Positions 49,516 through 59,859 of a DNA stretch of 64,000 bases are shown here, piece after piece. The notes under the pieces are model-generated. The model saw only the letters and a program-made list of their open reading frames with translations. It searched no databases and had not been told where the DNA came from. The stretch's first letter is position 1; the number at the start of each line of letters is the position of its first letter. The position numbers were made by a program, and so were the translations under genes. Source of the DNA: an uncultured Planctomycetota bacterium (GTDB lineage: Bacteria; Planctomycetota; Planctomycetia; Isosphaerales; Isosphaeraceae); contig CAVUNQ010000028.1 of the NCBI GenBank assembly GCA_963742885.1, positions 194,902 through 258,901 of the forward strand, read 5' to 3'.

Positions 49516-50791
49516 TCAATCCACGGCCGGCGTCCGCTTGGTCACGGCCAGGAGGAATGTGGGGGCGATCGCCTCGAAGCGGAGTCGGTCCATCTGCTCG
49601 ATCCCCCGCGCGATCGAGACGTTCCAGACGCTCACCGACCCGGCCAGCCCCTTGAGCGCCTGGTAGGCAGCGGCCAGCCCCTCGATCGTCGCCACGTTCA
49701 CCGCCATGCTTCCCCCATGGACCAGCCGCGCGTACGCCGTATTCAGGACCGGGTCGACCTGTCGACCTGTCCCCCCCACGAAGATGGCGTCGGGATCGGG
49801 CAGCGTCGCCAGGATCTCGGGCGCACCGCCCCGTAACCGTGCGCACGTTGGGGACCCCGAACGACTCGGCATTGGCCTGGATCAGCGCCACGTCGGTCAG
49901 CTCCGGTTCCACGGCGTACACCATCCCCTGGTGCGCCAGCTGCGCCGCCTCGATCGCCACCGAACCCGATCCGGCGCCGATGTCCCACACGACGCTGGTG
50001 GCCCGGATGTCGAGCTGCGCCAGCGCGATGGCCCGCACCTCGGCCTGGGTGATCAACCCCCGCTTGGGCAGCGACTGGGCGAAGGCGTCGTCCGGGTTGC
50101 CGAAGAGCCGGTGCCGGCTCCCCAGCATGGCCCGATCGGGGCGGTTCGGCTTGCGGATCAGGATCACCACGTTGAGCGGGTTGAAGTCCGTGGCGGCCAG
50201 GTCGGCCAGCTCGCCCTGCGTGACCCGCTCGTCGGGCGATCCCAGGTTCTCGCAGACGTAGGCGCGGAAGTAGTCGATCCCCCGGTCCAGTAGCTCGCGC
50301 GCCAGTCGCGACGGCGGGCACTCGTCGCTGGAGAACACGCCGATCTTCTCGGCCGTGCGGATACGGTCGACCACCGTCTCGATCGGGCGTCCGGCCAGGC
50401 TGGTCAGGTAGGCGTCCTCCCAGCTCTCCTTGATCCGGGCGAAGGCCAGTTGCATGCTGCTGACGTGCGGCACGACCTCGAAGAGGTCCTTGCCCAGGCG
50501 GTCGCACAGGTAGCGCGCCACGCCGTAGAACAGCGGATCGCCCCCGCTGACCAGCACCGGACGGCGATGCATCAGCGCCTCGCGCACCTGGCGCATCGCC
50601 AGGCTCATGTCCGGCTCGAGCGGCTCCTTCCGCGCCGGCACCCCGTCCAGCAGCGCGAGGATCGGAGGCGCCCCGAGGATCACGTCGGCGTCCATCAGGA
50701 TCCGCCGCGCCGGCTCGGTCAAGCCGGCGAGGCCGTCATCGCCGATCCCCAGGATCACCAGCTTCGATCGGGCGTCGCTCACCGTCGCCAT
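49516..50791 (-). CDS. cobL: Precorrin-6Y C5,15-methyltransferase (decarboxylating) CobL (CbiE+CbiT fusion), 1-2 frame shifts
   Basis: CbiE-like N-terminus MATVSDARSKLVILGIGDDGLAGLTEPARRILMDADVILG. The CbiT-like SAM-MTase segment is VVWDIGAGSGSVAIEAAQLA...MVYAVE. The C-terminus ...ILATLPDPDAIFVGGTGRQVDPVLNTAYARLVHGGSMAVNVATIEGL is in ORF 49516..49872. A 9-nt direct duplication gtcgacctg/tcgacctg sits at about 49755-49772, at the frame break. Confidence 0.8.
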
Positions 50792-50983
50792 CCTTCGTTG
50801 CTCGGGCCGCGCCCATCCCCACCACTAAATATAGCCGCGCAGTCCATCAAACCGGACATTCTACTTCCTCAACCCGCCGGCTAGCTAGGAGGATCGGCCC
50901 GTCGTCGGGCTGCGTCCATGGCGCGGTCCTTGCTTGACCGGGTCTCGACACGCACGATATGGGGTCGCGAACGACGACGCGAT

Positions 50984-51790
50984 TCAACCGGCGTCGCCCG
51001 AATTGGTGCATCCGCCCGGACCCTCGGCGCATGGGAGGAGCCACTGTTGGACCAGTTGCGCCAGGATCTCCGCATGCGTCATGTGCGGCTGATGGCCGAC
51101 CGTGGGCATGATCGCCGCCTCGGCCCGGGGCAGCGCGGCCTTGAGCACCTCGAAGTCGCGGCGCGGGACGATCCGGTCCTCGTTGCCCTGGAGCAGGAGC
51201 AACTCCGTGGGGATCGCCGGCAGGATCGGCCGGAGGTCCAGGCCGGTCAACAAGCCGACGCGATGCGCCAGGGACCGGATCGGGGTCAGCCCGTTCTGCT
51301 CGATGTAATAGTCCCAGCGCTCGTCCAGCAGCGACGGGAATTCGGGGCGGCTGTTGTACGCCAGGATCCTCCGGCGCATCGGCAGCCGAGCGGCGGTGCC
51401 CGGGACGAGCCGGCCCAGTCGCAAGGCCCAGCGCTCGGCGGGGCTGAACGACCGTTGGGCGAACCCCCCCTGGACGGCCGCGCGGGGGAACCGCCTCGGC
51501 TCGCGGTGCAGCGCCTTGAGCGTGACCGTCGAGCCGAACGAGATCCCGACCAGGAAGGCCCGCCCGACGTTCAGGCGGTCGATCAGCCCGAAGACGTCGT
51601 CCACGAGGTGGTCGTGCCCGATCCCCGACAGGCGGGCACCGTCGTCGGGGGCTTCGCCGGGATAGTCGTAGAGGATCGTGCGGAAGTGCTCCGCCAGCCG
51701 GTTGAGCAGGAGCGCGTAGACGCGGTACGTCGACGCGATCCCCGGGATCAGGAACAGCGGCGGCCCCTGGCCGAGGATCCGATAGGTCAT
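50984..51790 (-). CDS. Alpha/beta-fold hydrolase
   Basis: MTYRILGQGPPLFLIPGIAST...LVGISFGSTVTL (nucleophile elbow GxSxG)...QGNEDRIVP...GHQPHMTH. The 268-aa ORF is intact. Confidence 0.75.
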   Translation of the reverse strand: MTYRILGQGPPLFLIPGIASTYRVYALLLNRLAEHFRTILYDYPGEAPDDGARLSGIGHDHLVDDVFGLIDRLNVGRAFLVGISFGSTVTLKALHREPRRFPRAAVQGGFAQRSFSPAERWALRLGRLVPGTAARLPMRRRILAYNSRPEFPSLLDERWDYYIEQNGLTPIRSLAHRVGLLTGLDLRPILPAIPTELLLLQGNEDRIVPRRDFEVLKAALPRAEAAIMPTVGHQPHMTHAEILAQLVQQWLLPCAEGPGGCTNSGDAG

Positions 51791-51955
51791 CCGGTATCGC
51801 GGCCCATCCCACCGCCCGACCTCGGCCGCCGCGTCGTACCGCAGGACCTCGGCTCGGAAATCGGCGGGGGCCGGGCAGGGAGGCGCGACGGCGGCGCGTA
51901 CGGATCGTCGGCCTGGCGGTCCGGGTCGTGGGCCGCGGGGTCGTCGGTCGCCTCG

Positions 51956-53325
51956 TTAACGTGCGGATGCGATGTGGACATGGGCATCGAAGGATGTCAC
52001 CGCGGGCGCCGGCCCGGTCGCGTGGAACGCCATGCTCGCGAAGCTGACGCAGCAGGTCCGGCGATCGTTCAGGGCCTGTTCGTACTTCAGCAACCGGCCC
52101 CGTGCCGGGCCGATGGCGTGCAGGAAAGTATACGTCGCCGCCAGGCCGCAGACGCGCCAGCGGTTGCCGATCTCACCGGCCGTGCGGAACCACCCCTGGG
52201 GATCGCCGGCCGCGGCCCGATCGATCATCTCGCCGTCGAACCGGCGCACCTGCTCCTGGAGGAGCGGGTCCACCGGGCTAGGGTCGCCGAACTCCGGCCC
52301 GACATGGCAGAGGTCGATCCCCCCGATATACGCCACCTTCTTGCCGTGCCCCGCCTCCACGGTCCGCATCGCCTCGATAAATCGATGGACGTCCGGGTCC
52401 TGGATCGGGTCGATCCCCCGCTCCATCAGGTCATGGAACGAACCGACCAGGATCGGCACGATCGTGAAATCGCGGCGTCCGCCCAGCAGATACTGGAGGA
52501 ACACGACCTGGAACTCGATCGAATGCTCGGTCCGGTGCGTGAGCTCGTCGTCGAAGAGGTCGCGGCCCGCGATCGAGACCAGTCCGTCCACGTAGGAGCG
52601 ATTCGTGGGGGCGACGCCGAGCGGGGTCTCGAAGTCCTTGCACGTCAGCGCGAACCGACGGCGGCAGTACTGGTGCGCCACGCCCAGGATCACGAAGGTG
52701 TCGGCCTGGGTCGCCTCCACCAGCTCGCGGTACGACCAGGTATACACGGGGCCGCCGCGATGGAAATCGATGTGGGGGCTCAGGATGCCGCGGAACCCCG
52801 ACGCGGCGGACGAGCCGTCCATCGCCGGCCTGCCCGCCCCGCCCTGGCTCACGAAGAGCTGCTCGAGCTGCGCGGCAGCGCCCGCAGCGTCGCCGCGTAC
52901 GAGCGGCCCGCCATCGCCGCCGGGCGCCGTCCCGATCGGCGATATTGCTGATAGAACATCGCGAAGGCCGGCCCGTCGATGATCATCGCCTCATCGAGGC
53001 GCCGGACCAGATCCTCCAGTTCCTTCATCCCCACGAACTGCCCGCTGGCCTGGAGCGCCCGTGCCTGGATTTCCGTCAGCGTCAACTGGCCGTCAAAATG
53101 TCGGACGATGTGGACATAACCGTCGAACGGAACCAGGACCGGCTGCGGGACGACGCCCGCCGGGTCCTGCAGCACGACGAAAGACTGACCCTGGTGCTCG
53201 ATCCGTCGGGCCGAGAGCGGCCGGAGCTTCGGTCGTTCCAGCGACGGGTGCTCACCGCCTCCCGGCGTCACAGAGTGGGTCACCGCCCGCCCCCACGGCT
53301 CATCGCGATCGAGGGTCTCCGCCAC
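51956..53325 (-). CDS. MEMO1-family protein (AmmeMemoRadiSam system protein B-like) with about 150-aa N-terminal extension, 1 frameshift
   Basis: MEMO-like core GILSPHIDFHRGGPVYTWSY...FVILGVAHQY...HSIEFQVVFLQYL...IGGIDLCHVGPEFGD (ORF 51956..52852). Upstream ORF 52849..53325 (...ARALQASGQFVGMKELEDLVRRLDEAMIIDGPAFAMFYQQY) joins in-frame after a 1-nt shift near 52870. No AMMECR1 or radical-SAM gene is adjacent. Confidence 0.6.
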
Positions 53326-53980
53326 GACGATGCTAAATCGCCATGATCATGTTACCCGAGAGCACGATCTCGTCAAGCAGTCTTGCGGGGACCCCGCGGC
53401 TGGCTGGCGATCAACGGCAGTGGCCACGCGGGCGGAGCGATCTCGCGGATCGGTTGCGGGCAGGTCATCGTCCCCTCCTCTTCGGGCATTAACGACTCCG
53501 GCCATTCGACGGCCGCTTGGAGGTCCTCGACTCATGTTCCGATGGTAAGGTGTTGCAAGAACGATGCCGAATTAACTCAGGCCGCAGAGACGCGATATCT
53601 GGCACGTTCCGACTGGGCCTTCCAGATTCTTCGCGTTGGCGACTCCAAAGTCCCGGCCGGACTGCATAATCGATTCAACTCCGTCGAGATTCCACCAGGA
53701 ATTGTCTTTTCTGGCGCTCAGGGCCGTGATGGCCTGATCCCTGGGGCCGATGGCCCTCCCGACGGCAGACGCTCATTCGTGAGGCTCGGCCGCCGCGAAA
53801 GCGGACAGCGGCCGCGATGGGAGGATGGACGCGATGATCGCTCGGCGTCGTCTGCACTGGCCGCATAGGGGGAACTATGGTAGGGTCCGCGCCAAGGAGC
53901 CGGCGAATCGGGAGGCGGCCGGCCTCCGCACGTCTTCGACGCCCGCCTCGCGGGGAGTCCGCATACAAGGAAGATGGCCG

Positions 53981-54910
53981 ATGCCACGATCACGAATGAT
54001 CCGGTTTTCTCCCCTGATCGCCCTGCTCGCGAGCAGCTTCGCCACGGCCCACGCACAGGACGCCGTCGGCAACCGTCCGGCAGCACCCCGCGCAGCAACC
54101 CGGCGCCGGCCGCGCGGGCGGCCCAGCCGGGCCAGCCCCAGGCTCAACCCGCCAACGATCCGCGCAAGATGAAGTGGCTACTCGAGAAGTGGGAAGGCCA
54201 GAGCAAGAAGCTCAATACGCTCGACGTGAAGATCTACCGGATCGACAAGGATCCCAAGTGGAAGTCCGAGGAGCATTTCGAGGGGCGGCGCCATGTTCAA
54301 GAGCCCCAACCTGGCCTACCTGGACTTCGCTAAGATCACGCTGGCACCCAATGCCAAGGGCCTACTAGCCCCGGTCATCGATCCCAAGACCGGGAAACGC
54401 GCGACCACGCGGTTCGAGACGATCGTCTGCGGCCAGAATGACGTCTGGCAGTATCTCCACGAGAGCAGGCAGATCCTCATCTACCCCCTGGCCAAGGGGG
54501 AACGTCAGCGGGCACTGGATGAAGGGCCGCTGCCTTTCCTGTTCAATATGAAGGCGCAGGAGGCGGAGCAGCGATACGAGATGTTCTACGTTGGGGAGAA
54601 CCAGAAGTACTATGCGGTCAAGGTCTTCCCCAGGCTCCAGGAGGACAAGCAGACCTTCAAGTCGGCGTTCATCTACCTCGACAAGAAGTTCCTGTTGCCG
54701 GCCCGGATCGTGCTCGTCACCCCCGAGGGTCGCAGCACCCGGGATTTCACCCTCGAGGTGATCAACCCCAACGCCGAGGTGAATCCCGCGTTCTTCAAGG
54801 GGGGGGTCTTCAAGAACTGGAAGGTGGTGAAGAATCCCGCAGCGGGGATCGCGCAGCAGGGTCAGGCCGCGGCGCCGGCCGGCGGAGCGGCTGCGATGCC
54901 CCGACGTTGA
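53981..54910 (+). CDS. Secreted LolA-like / lipoprotein-carrier-fold hypothetical protein, about 2 frame shifts
   Basis: The signal peptide MPRSRMIRFSPLIALLASSFATAHA (ORF 53825 frame), then ...MKWLLEKWEGQSKKLNTLDVKIYRIDKDPKWKSEEHFEG (ORF 53974 frame), then MFKSPNLAYLDF...YEMFYVGENQKYYAVKVFPRLQEDKQTFKSAFIYLDKKFLLPARIVLVTPEGRSTRDFTLEVINPN (ORF 54293 frame) concatenate. The beta-rich pattern resembles LolA/LppX-like half-barrels. Family is uncertain. Confidence 0.4.
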
Positions 54911-55134
54911 TCCCCGCGGCGCATGGGGGTGGCGGCGAGGTTTGACCGCCCCCCCCGCCAGGCTTATAATCACACCGGTAAGCCACTCATCGATACGGCC
55001 TGCGCCCGCGGTGTACGGCGAGCGGTTGGGGATCGGTACGGCGGCGGATCGGCAGCGATCGCCCGGACTTCCGGCCCCTTCCCGCGGCGGTCTCGAGCGG
55101 CGCGGGATCGGCCCGTCGGAGAGGTCCGACTTCC

Positions 55135-57339
55135 ATGATTCGCCCCCGCGCCGCCCGCCTCCGCGAGACGCTGTGGCTCTTCCTCTTCGCGATCCTCAGC
55201 GGGCCGCCGGGCGCGACCGCGATCGCCCAGCAGCCCCCCGAGGCGACCGAGGAGGCCCCCGGCCAGTTCTTCACCATCTCCGAGCCGATCACCTCCGAGA
55301 CCATCGCCCGCGTCCGCGCCGCCGCCCGGCAGCTCGTCGACTCCGCCGCCTCCGCCGAGCACGGCAAGCGCCCCATCCTGGTCTTCGAGTTCCTCCCCGG
55401 CGACGTCGCACCCGGCGCCAGCGAGTTCGGCGCCTGCTACGACCTGGCCAACCTCATCTCCAAGGACCTCGCCGGCGCCCGCCTCACCGTCGCCTTCACA
55501 CCCAAGCCGCTCCGCGGCTATGCCGTCCTCCCGGTCCTCGCCTGCACCGAGATCGTCATGGGCGCCGACTCCAGCCTCGGGCCCATCACACCCGAGGGAC
55601 TCCCCTTCGACGCCGCCTATCGCGAGCTGGTCCGCTTCCTCGCCCTCCGCAAGACCCGCGACCCCGACCTCCTGCTGGGCATGCTCGACCGCGACGCCGA
55701 CCTCCGCCTGGTCCGCACCGCCGACCGCGCCCTGCATTACGTCCTGGCCGAGAACCTCGAGGCCTTCGGGAAGTCGCATCAGGTCCTGGAGGAGCGCCCC
55801 GCCTGGGACGGCGGCCTCCGCGGCGTGCTCACCGCACAGCGCGCCCGCGAGGAGGGCTTCTGCAAGCGGACCGCCGACTCGCCGGCCGAGCTGGCCGCCC
55901 TCTACCGGATCGCCGGCCAGTCGGCCGTCGACGACCCCACCCTGGGCCAGTTGATCCGCCCGGTCTGGATCAACCTGGAAGGCCCGCTCGATGCGGTGAT
56001 GGTGGCGCACCTGACCAAGCGGGTCGAGCAGGCGCGGCAGGAGAAGGCCAACCTGCTGATCCTGCAGATCAACAGCCCCGGCGGTTCGGACTCGGTGGTC
56101 GACGCGCTGGGGGACCTGCTGTCGCGGATCAAGGACATGAAGACGGTGGCCTACATCGAGGACCGGGCGGTGGGCCTGTCGTCGTTGGTGCCGCTGGCCT
56201 GCCGCGACATCGTGCTGAAGAAGTCGGCGCGGCTGGGCGACGCGCGGCAGATCATCGCGCGTCGAGGCGGCGAGCCGCACGACCTGGCCGCCGGTCAGGT
56301 GGCGGGCCTGGCCGACAAGGCGGCGTTGTGGGCGCGGCTGCGGGGCCATCCCGAGGCGGTGGCCCGGGCGATGGTGGACCCGGCGGTGGAGATCATCGAG
56401 GCGCGGGACGCGCGGACCGGCGGCACGCGGCTGGTCGGCCGCGCCGAGCTGGAGGCGGAGCCGGGCCGGTACCAGCCGCTGCAGACGCGCAAGGAGGCCG
56501 GAGCGGTGCTGTCGATCGGCGGCGATGAGGCGGCGGCCTACGGCCTGGGCCAATCCGTCGCCGACACCGAGCAGTTCAAGGCGCTGTACGGGCTGCGAGG
56601 CCGCGAGATCGCGATCGAGGGCCCGGGGTGGGTCGACGCGCTGGTGGCTTTGCTGACCGACCCGTACGTGAGCTGGCTGCTGCTGTTCGTGGCGGTGATG
56701 ATGCTGGTGGTGGAGCTGAAGCTGCCGGGGATCGGCCTGCCGGCGATCATCTCGGCGTTGGCGTTCCTGCTGTTCTTCTGGAGCCACTACCTCAGCGGGA
56801 CGGCGGACCAGTTGGAGATCATCCTGTTCCTGATCGGGCTGGTGTGCCTGGCGCTGGAGCTGTTCGTGGTGCCGGGGTTCGGGATCTTCGGGATCAGCGG
56901 GATCCTGCTGATGCTGTACAGCATCGTGCTGGCGAGCCACACGTTCGTGTGGCCGACGCACGACTACGAGTACCGCGAGCTGGGCGTGACGCTGCTGCGG
57001 CTGATGGGGGTGCTGGTGGGAGTGGGAGTCGGGGCGGCGGTGCTGGCGCGGTATTTCCCGTCGCTGCCGTTGTTCAACCGTCTGATCCTCAAGCCGGAGC
57101 CGTGGACGCCGGTGGAGGGAGAGGAAGGGGGGTTGCATGCGGCGTCGGAGGGGTACGAGTCGCTGGCGTACCTGGTGGGGGAGACGGGTCGGACGACGTC
57201 GCCGTTGCGTCCGACAGGCAAGGCGCGGTTCGGTGGCCTGGTGATCGACGTGGCCAGCGCGGGAGGCTACGTGGAGGCGGACAGCCTGGTGGAGGTGCTG
57301 GACGTGCAGGGGACGCGGGTTATCGTCAAGAAGGTCTGA
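55135..57339 (+). CDS. nfeD: NfeD-family membrane-bound ClpP-class serine protease (long form: duplicated protease-like domain + 4-5 TM + C-terminal OB-fold)
   Basis: The 734-aa ORF is intact and starts with a signal peptide. Two ClpP/crotonase-like modules precede a hydrophobic block (WLLLFVAVMMLVVELKLPGIGLPAIISALAFLLFFW...GIFGISGILLMLYSIVLA...). A C-terminal beta-rich tail follows (GRTTSPLRPTGKARFGGLVIDVASAGGYVEADSLVEVLDVQGTRVIVKKV). It lies 190 nt upstream of floA. Confidence 0.85.
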   Translation: MIRPRAARLRETLWLFLFAILSGPPGATAIAQQPPEATEEAPGQFFTISEPITSETIARVRAAARQLVDSAASAEHGKRPILVFEFLPGDVAPGASEFGACYDLANLISKDLAGARLTVAFTPKPLRGYAVLPVLACTEIVMGADSSLGPITPEGLPFDAAYRELVRFLALRKTRDPDLLLGMLDRDADLRLVRTADRALHYVLAENLEAFGKSHQVLEERPAWDGGLRGVLTAQRAREEGFCKRTADSPAELAALYRIAGQSAVDDPTLGQLIRPVWINLEGPLDAVMVAHLTKRVEQARQEKANLLILQINSPGGSDSVVDALGDLLSRIKDMKTVAYIEDRAVGLSSLVPLACRDIVLKKSARLGDARQIIARRGGEPHDLAAGQVAGLADKAALWARLRGHPEAVARAMVDPAVEIIEARDARTGGTRLVGRAELEAEPGRYQPLQTRKEAGAVLSIGGDEAAAYGLGQSVADTEQFKALYGLRGREIAIEGPGWVDALVALLTDPYVSWLLLFVAVMMLVVELKLPGIGLPAIISALAFLLFFWSHYLSGTADQLEIILFLIGLVCLALELFVVPGFGIFGISGILLMLYSIVLASHTFVWPTHDYEYRELGVTLLRLMGVLVGVGVGAAVLARYFPSLPLFNRLILKPEPWTPVEGEEGGLHAASEGYESLAYLVGETGRTTSPLRPTGKARFGGLVIDVASAGGYVEADSLVEVLDVQGTRVIVKKV

Positions 57340-57528
57340 TGTCCCGATCGGGCGGCCCGGATCCCCCCGGCCGACCGCGGCGCGGGCAGGGGGTTGGCGA
57401 CCGACCCACGATATCGAGTAATATGGAGAGGGTGGGACCTGGCCCCCCGGCCATCGAGCCGCGAGACGCGTGGCCCCTTCCCCTTTGCCCGGCCCCGACG
57501 GCGCGGCCCCACCTTCGAGGAAAACACC

Positions 57529-58584
57529 ATGACTCCCACACTGCTCTCCCAGATCAATCCCGGCACCTACGTCCTGTTCCTGGTCTTCGTGCTGGTCGGG
57601 ATCGCGATCATCCTGTGCATCTTCCTGGCCAAGTATGCCAACCTCTGGCTCCAGGCGAAGATGACGTCGGCCAGCATCAGCATCCTGGAACTGGTCGGGA
57701 TGTCGTTCCGCAAGGTGAACCCGAACATCATCGTCCGATCGAAGATCATGGCCTACCAGGCGGGCCTCTCCGAGAAGGACGGCATGACGACGCGGGCCCT
57801 GGAGGCCCACTACCTGGCCGGCGGCAACGTGCCCAACGTCGTCCGTGCCCTGATCGCGGCCAACCGGGCCGACATCCCGCTCTCGTACAAGCGGGCAGCG
57901 GCGATCGACCTGGCCGGCCGCAACGTCCTGGAAGCCGTGCAGACCAGCGTCAATCCCAAGGTGATCCCCTGCCCCGACCCCGGCTCGGGGCGGAACAGCA
58001 TCGATGGCGTGGCCAAGGACGGGATCCAGCTCAAGGTCAAGGCGAAGGTCACGGTGCGGACCAACCTCGACCGCCTGGTCGGCGGCGCGACCGATGAGAC
58101 GATCATCGCGCGGGTCGGCGAGGGCATCGTCAACGCCATCGGCTCGGCCGAGACCCACAAGCAGGTCCTGGAGCGGCCGGACACGATCTCCAAGCGCGTG
58201 CTGGAGAAGGGGCTCGACGCCGGCACGGCCTACGAGATCCTCTCGATCGACATCGCCGACGTCGACGTGGGCGACAACATCGGCGCCAACCTCCAGGCCC
58301 TCCAGGCCGAGGCCGACACGCGGGTCGCGCGGGCCAAGGCCGAGGAGCGCCGCGCCTTCGCCGTCGCCAAGGAGCAGGAGATGATCGCCGAGGTCCAGGA
58401 GAACCGGGCCAAGGTGGTCGAGGCCGAGGCCGAGATCCCCCGCGCGATCGCCGAGGCGTTCCGCCACGGGAATATCGGCATCAACGACTATTACAACCTC
58501 CGGAACGTCCAGGCCGACACCGAGATGCGCAACTCGATCGCCGGCACCGGCAACGCCCGGCGCGAGAATAGCCAGTCGTCCTGA
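57529..58584 (+). CDS. floA: Flotillin-like protein FloA (UPF0365/YqfA family)
   Basis: Near-colinear similarity to B. subtilis FloA as remembered: N-terminal [100 protein letters not shown] and [24 protein letters not shown]. Confidence 0.9.
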   Translation: MTPTLLSQINPGTYVLFLVFVLVGIAIILCIFLAKYANLWLQAKMTSASISILELVGMSFRKVNPNIIVRSKIMAYQAGLSEKDGMTTRALEAHYLAGGNVPNVVRALIAANRADIPLSYKRAAAIDLAGRNVLEAVQTSVNPKVIPCPDPGSGRNSIDGVAKDGIQLKVKAKVTVRTNLDRLVGGATDETIIARVGEGIVNAIGSAETHKQVLERPDTISKRVLEKGLDAGTAYEILSIDIADVDVGDNIGANLQALQAEADTRVARAKAEERRAFAVAKEQEMIAEVQENRAKVVEAEAEIPRAIAEAFRHGNIGINDYYNLRNVQADTEMRNSIAGTGNARRENSQSS

Positions 58585-58673
58585 TCGAAACAGTAGGCTT
58601 CGTCGGAGCCGTGTCCTCCCCGCGCCTCGCATGGAAGAGGCGGTTCCTTCCGATTGACCCGCAATGAGGATCC

Positions 58674-58961
58674 ATGCCTCTCCTCACTCAAGAGCGCCAG
58701 TTCATGGACCTCTACATCCGTGAGATGCACCTCGGGCAGAACACCGGTCACGCCCATCGTCTCTCGAACGAGCGGGGCATCACCTACAACCACTACACCA
58801 AGCTAGAGCCCGCCTACATGGAGTTCTGGGGCGGGGCTGGCAACTGGCCCGAACCGTGGCCCCCTCTCCCAGACGATCCGAAACTTCCATGCCCCTGGGA
58901 GTCTGCCGAGCAGCTTGAAGCTCGGATAGCTGAATTGGAGTCAGCGGTCCTTTCGCGATAA
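58674..58961 (+). CDS. Hypothetical small protein
   Basis: The 95-aa ORF MPLLTQERQFMDLYIREMHLGQNTGHAHRLSNERGITYNHYTKLEPAYMEFWGG... has natural composition and lower GC. No motif recognised. Confidence 0.3.
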   Translation: MPLLTQERQFMDLYIREMHLGQNTGHAHRLSNERGITYNHYTKLEPAYMEFWGGAGNWPEPWPPLPDDPKLPCPWESAEQLEARIAELESAVLSR

Positions 58962-59038
58962 ACCGTTCCAGTCTGGTGGACGACGGACTCCACTTCGAGT
59001 CGGGTCCGCAAGGCGCCGGCTACCAAGGACCAACCCGA

Positions 59039-59827
59039 ATGAAGCTTGAGTTCCTCCTTCAGTTCATCATTCCGCTGACGTTCCTGGCGATCTGGGCGCT
59101 GACCTCGCTGCTCAACCGGGATGCGCAGCCGTTGCCGCCGCGGCCCGGGGCCGGGCGCGTCCCGGGGAGCGGACCGGGTCGGCCGGGCGGCGGCGGGGGA
59201 TTCTCGCCGTCCAGCCGGGCGGACCTGACGGGGGCCGGGCGGGCCACGGCCGCGAGTCGCCCGGCGGGCACGCCGACCGAACGGCCCGTGCCGGCCCGAT
59301 GGTCCACGGCGCCGGTGCAGGGACGGACCGAGAGCGGTCTGTCCCGTGGCTCGGGCGTTCCCGACGACGGGATCGTGATCCTCGAGTCGCAGAACCGGTC
59401 GCCTCAGACCTCGTCCTTTTCTCCCTCGTCGGCGGCTTCCAGCCGCAGTGCGTCGCGGGGGACGGCCCCGGCCACGCGGAGAGCCTCCTCGCGCGGACGC
59501 TCGACGTCGCCCCCTTCCATCAAGCCGATGGAGCCCGAGCGGCCCCGCGCCCTGACAGGCCTGGTCGGTCAATCCATGGCTCAGAAACGGAACAAGCCCC
59601 TCGAGCTCACTCCGCTCTCCACGCCGATGTCGCCCCTGTCGTCTCCCCTGACCCAGGTGAGCGCGGCGGAGCCGGCACGCGACACCGGGCGCACGCCCAC
59701 GCCGGCCCTTTCGAGTAACGCGCTCTGCGCCATGCTCGCTTCGCCGACCAGGCTGCGCGAGGTCGCGCTACTGGGCGAGCTGCTCCAGCCGCCCGTCTCG
59801 CTCCGCGGCCGGCGCCGTCACCGTTGA
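59039..59827 (+). CDS. Hypothetical membrane-anchored Pro/Ser-rich protein (possible internal frameshift)
   Basis: N-terminal TM MKLEFLLQFIIPLTFLAIWALTSLL followed by a long P/G/S/R-rich low-complexity region. An alternative frame (59299..59718) also reads protein-like over part of the region. Confidence 0.3.
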   Translation: MKLEFLLQFIIPLTFLAIWALTSLLNRDAQPLPPRPGAGRVPGSGPGRPGGGGGFSPSSRADLTGAGRATAASRPAGTPTERPVPARWSTAPVQGRTESGLSRGSGVPDDGIVILESQNRSPQTSSFSPSSAASSRSASRGTAPATRRASSRGRSTSPPSIKPMEPERPRALTGLVGQSMAQKRNKPLELTPLSTPMSPLSSPLTQVSAAEPARDTGRTPTPALSSNALCAMLASPTRLREVALLGELLQPPVSLRGRRRHR

Positions 59828-59859
59828 CGGGGCCCGATCCGATCGCTGAACGAAGTGCC

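Noticed and set aside
54970-58632. 1220-aa minus-strand ORF
   Set aside because: It is antisense to the intact nfeD and floA genes. The translation is R/G/D/V-rich with no domain-like segments, so it is a GC-driven artefact.
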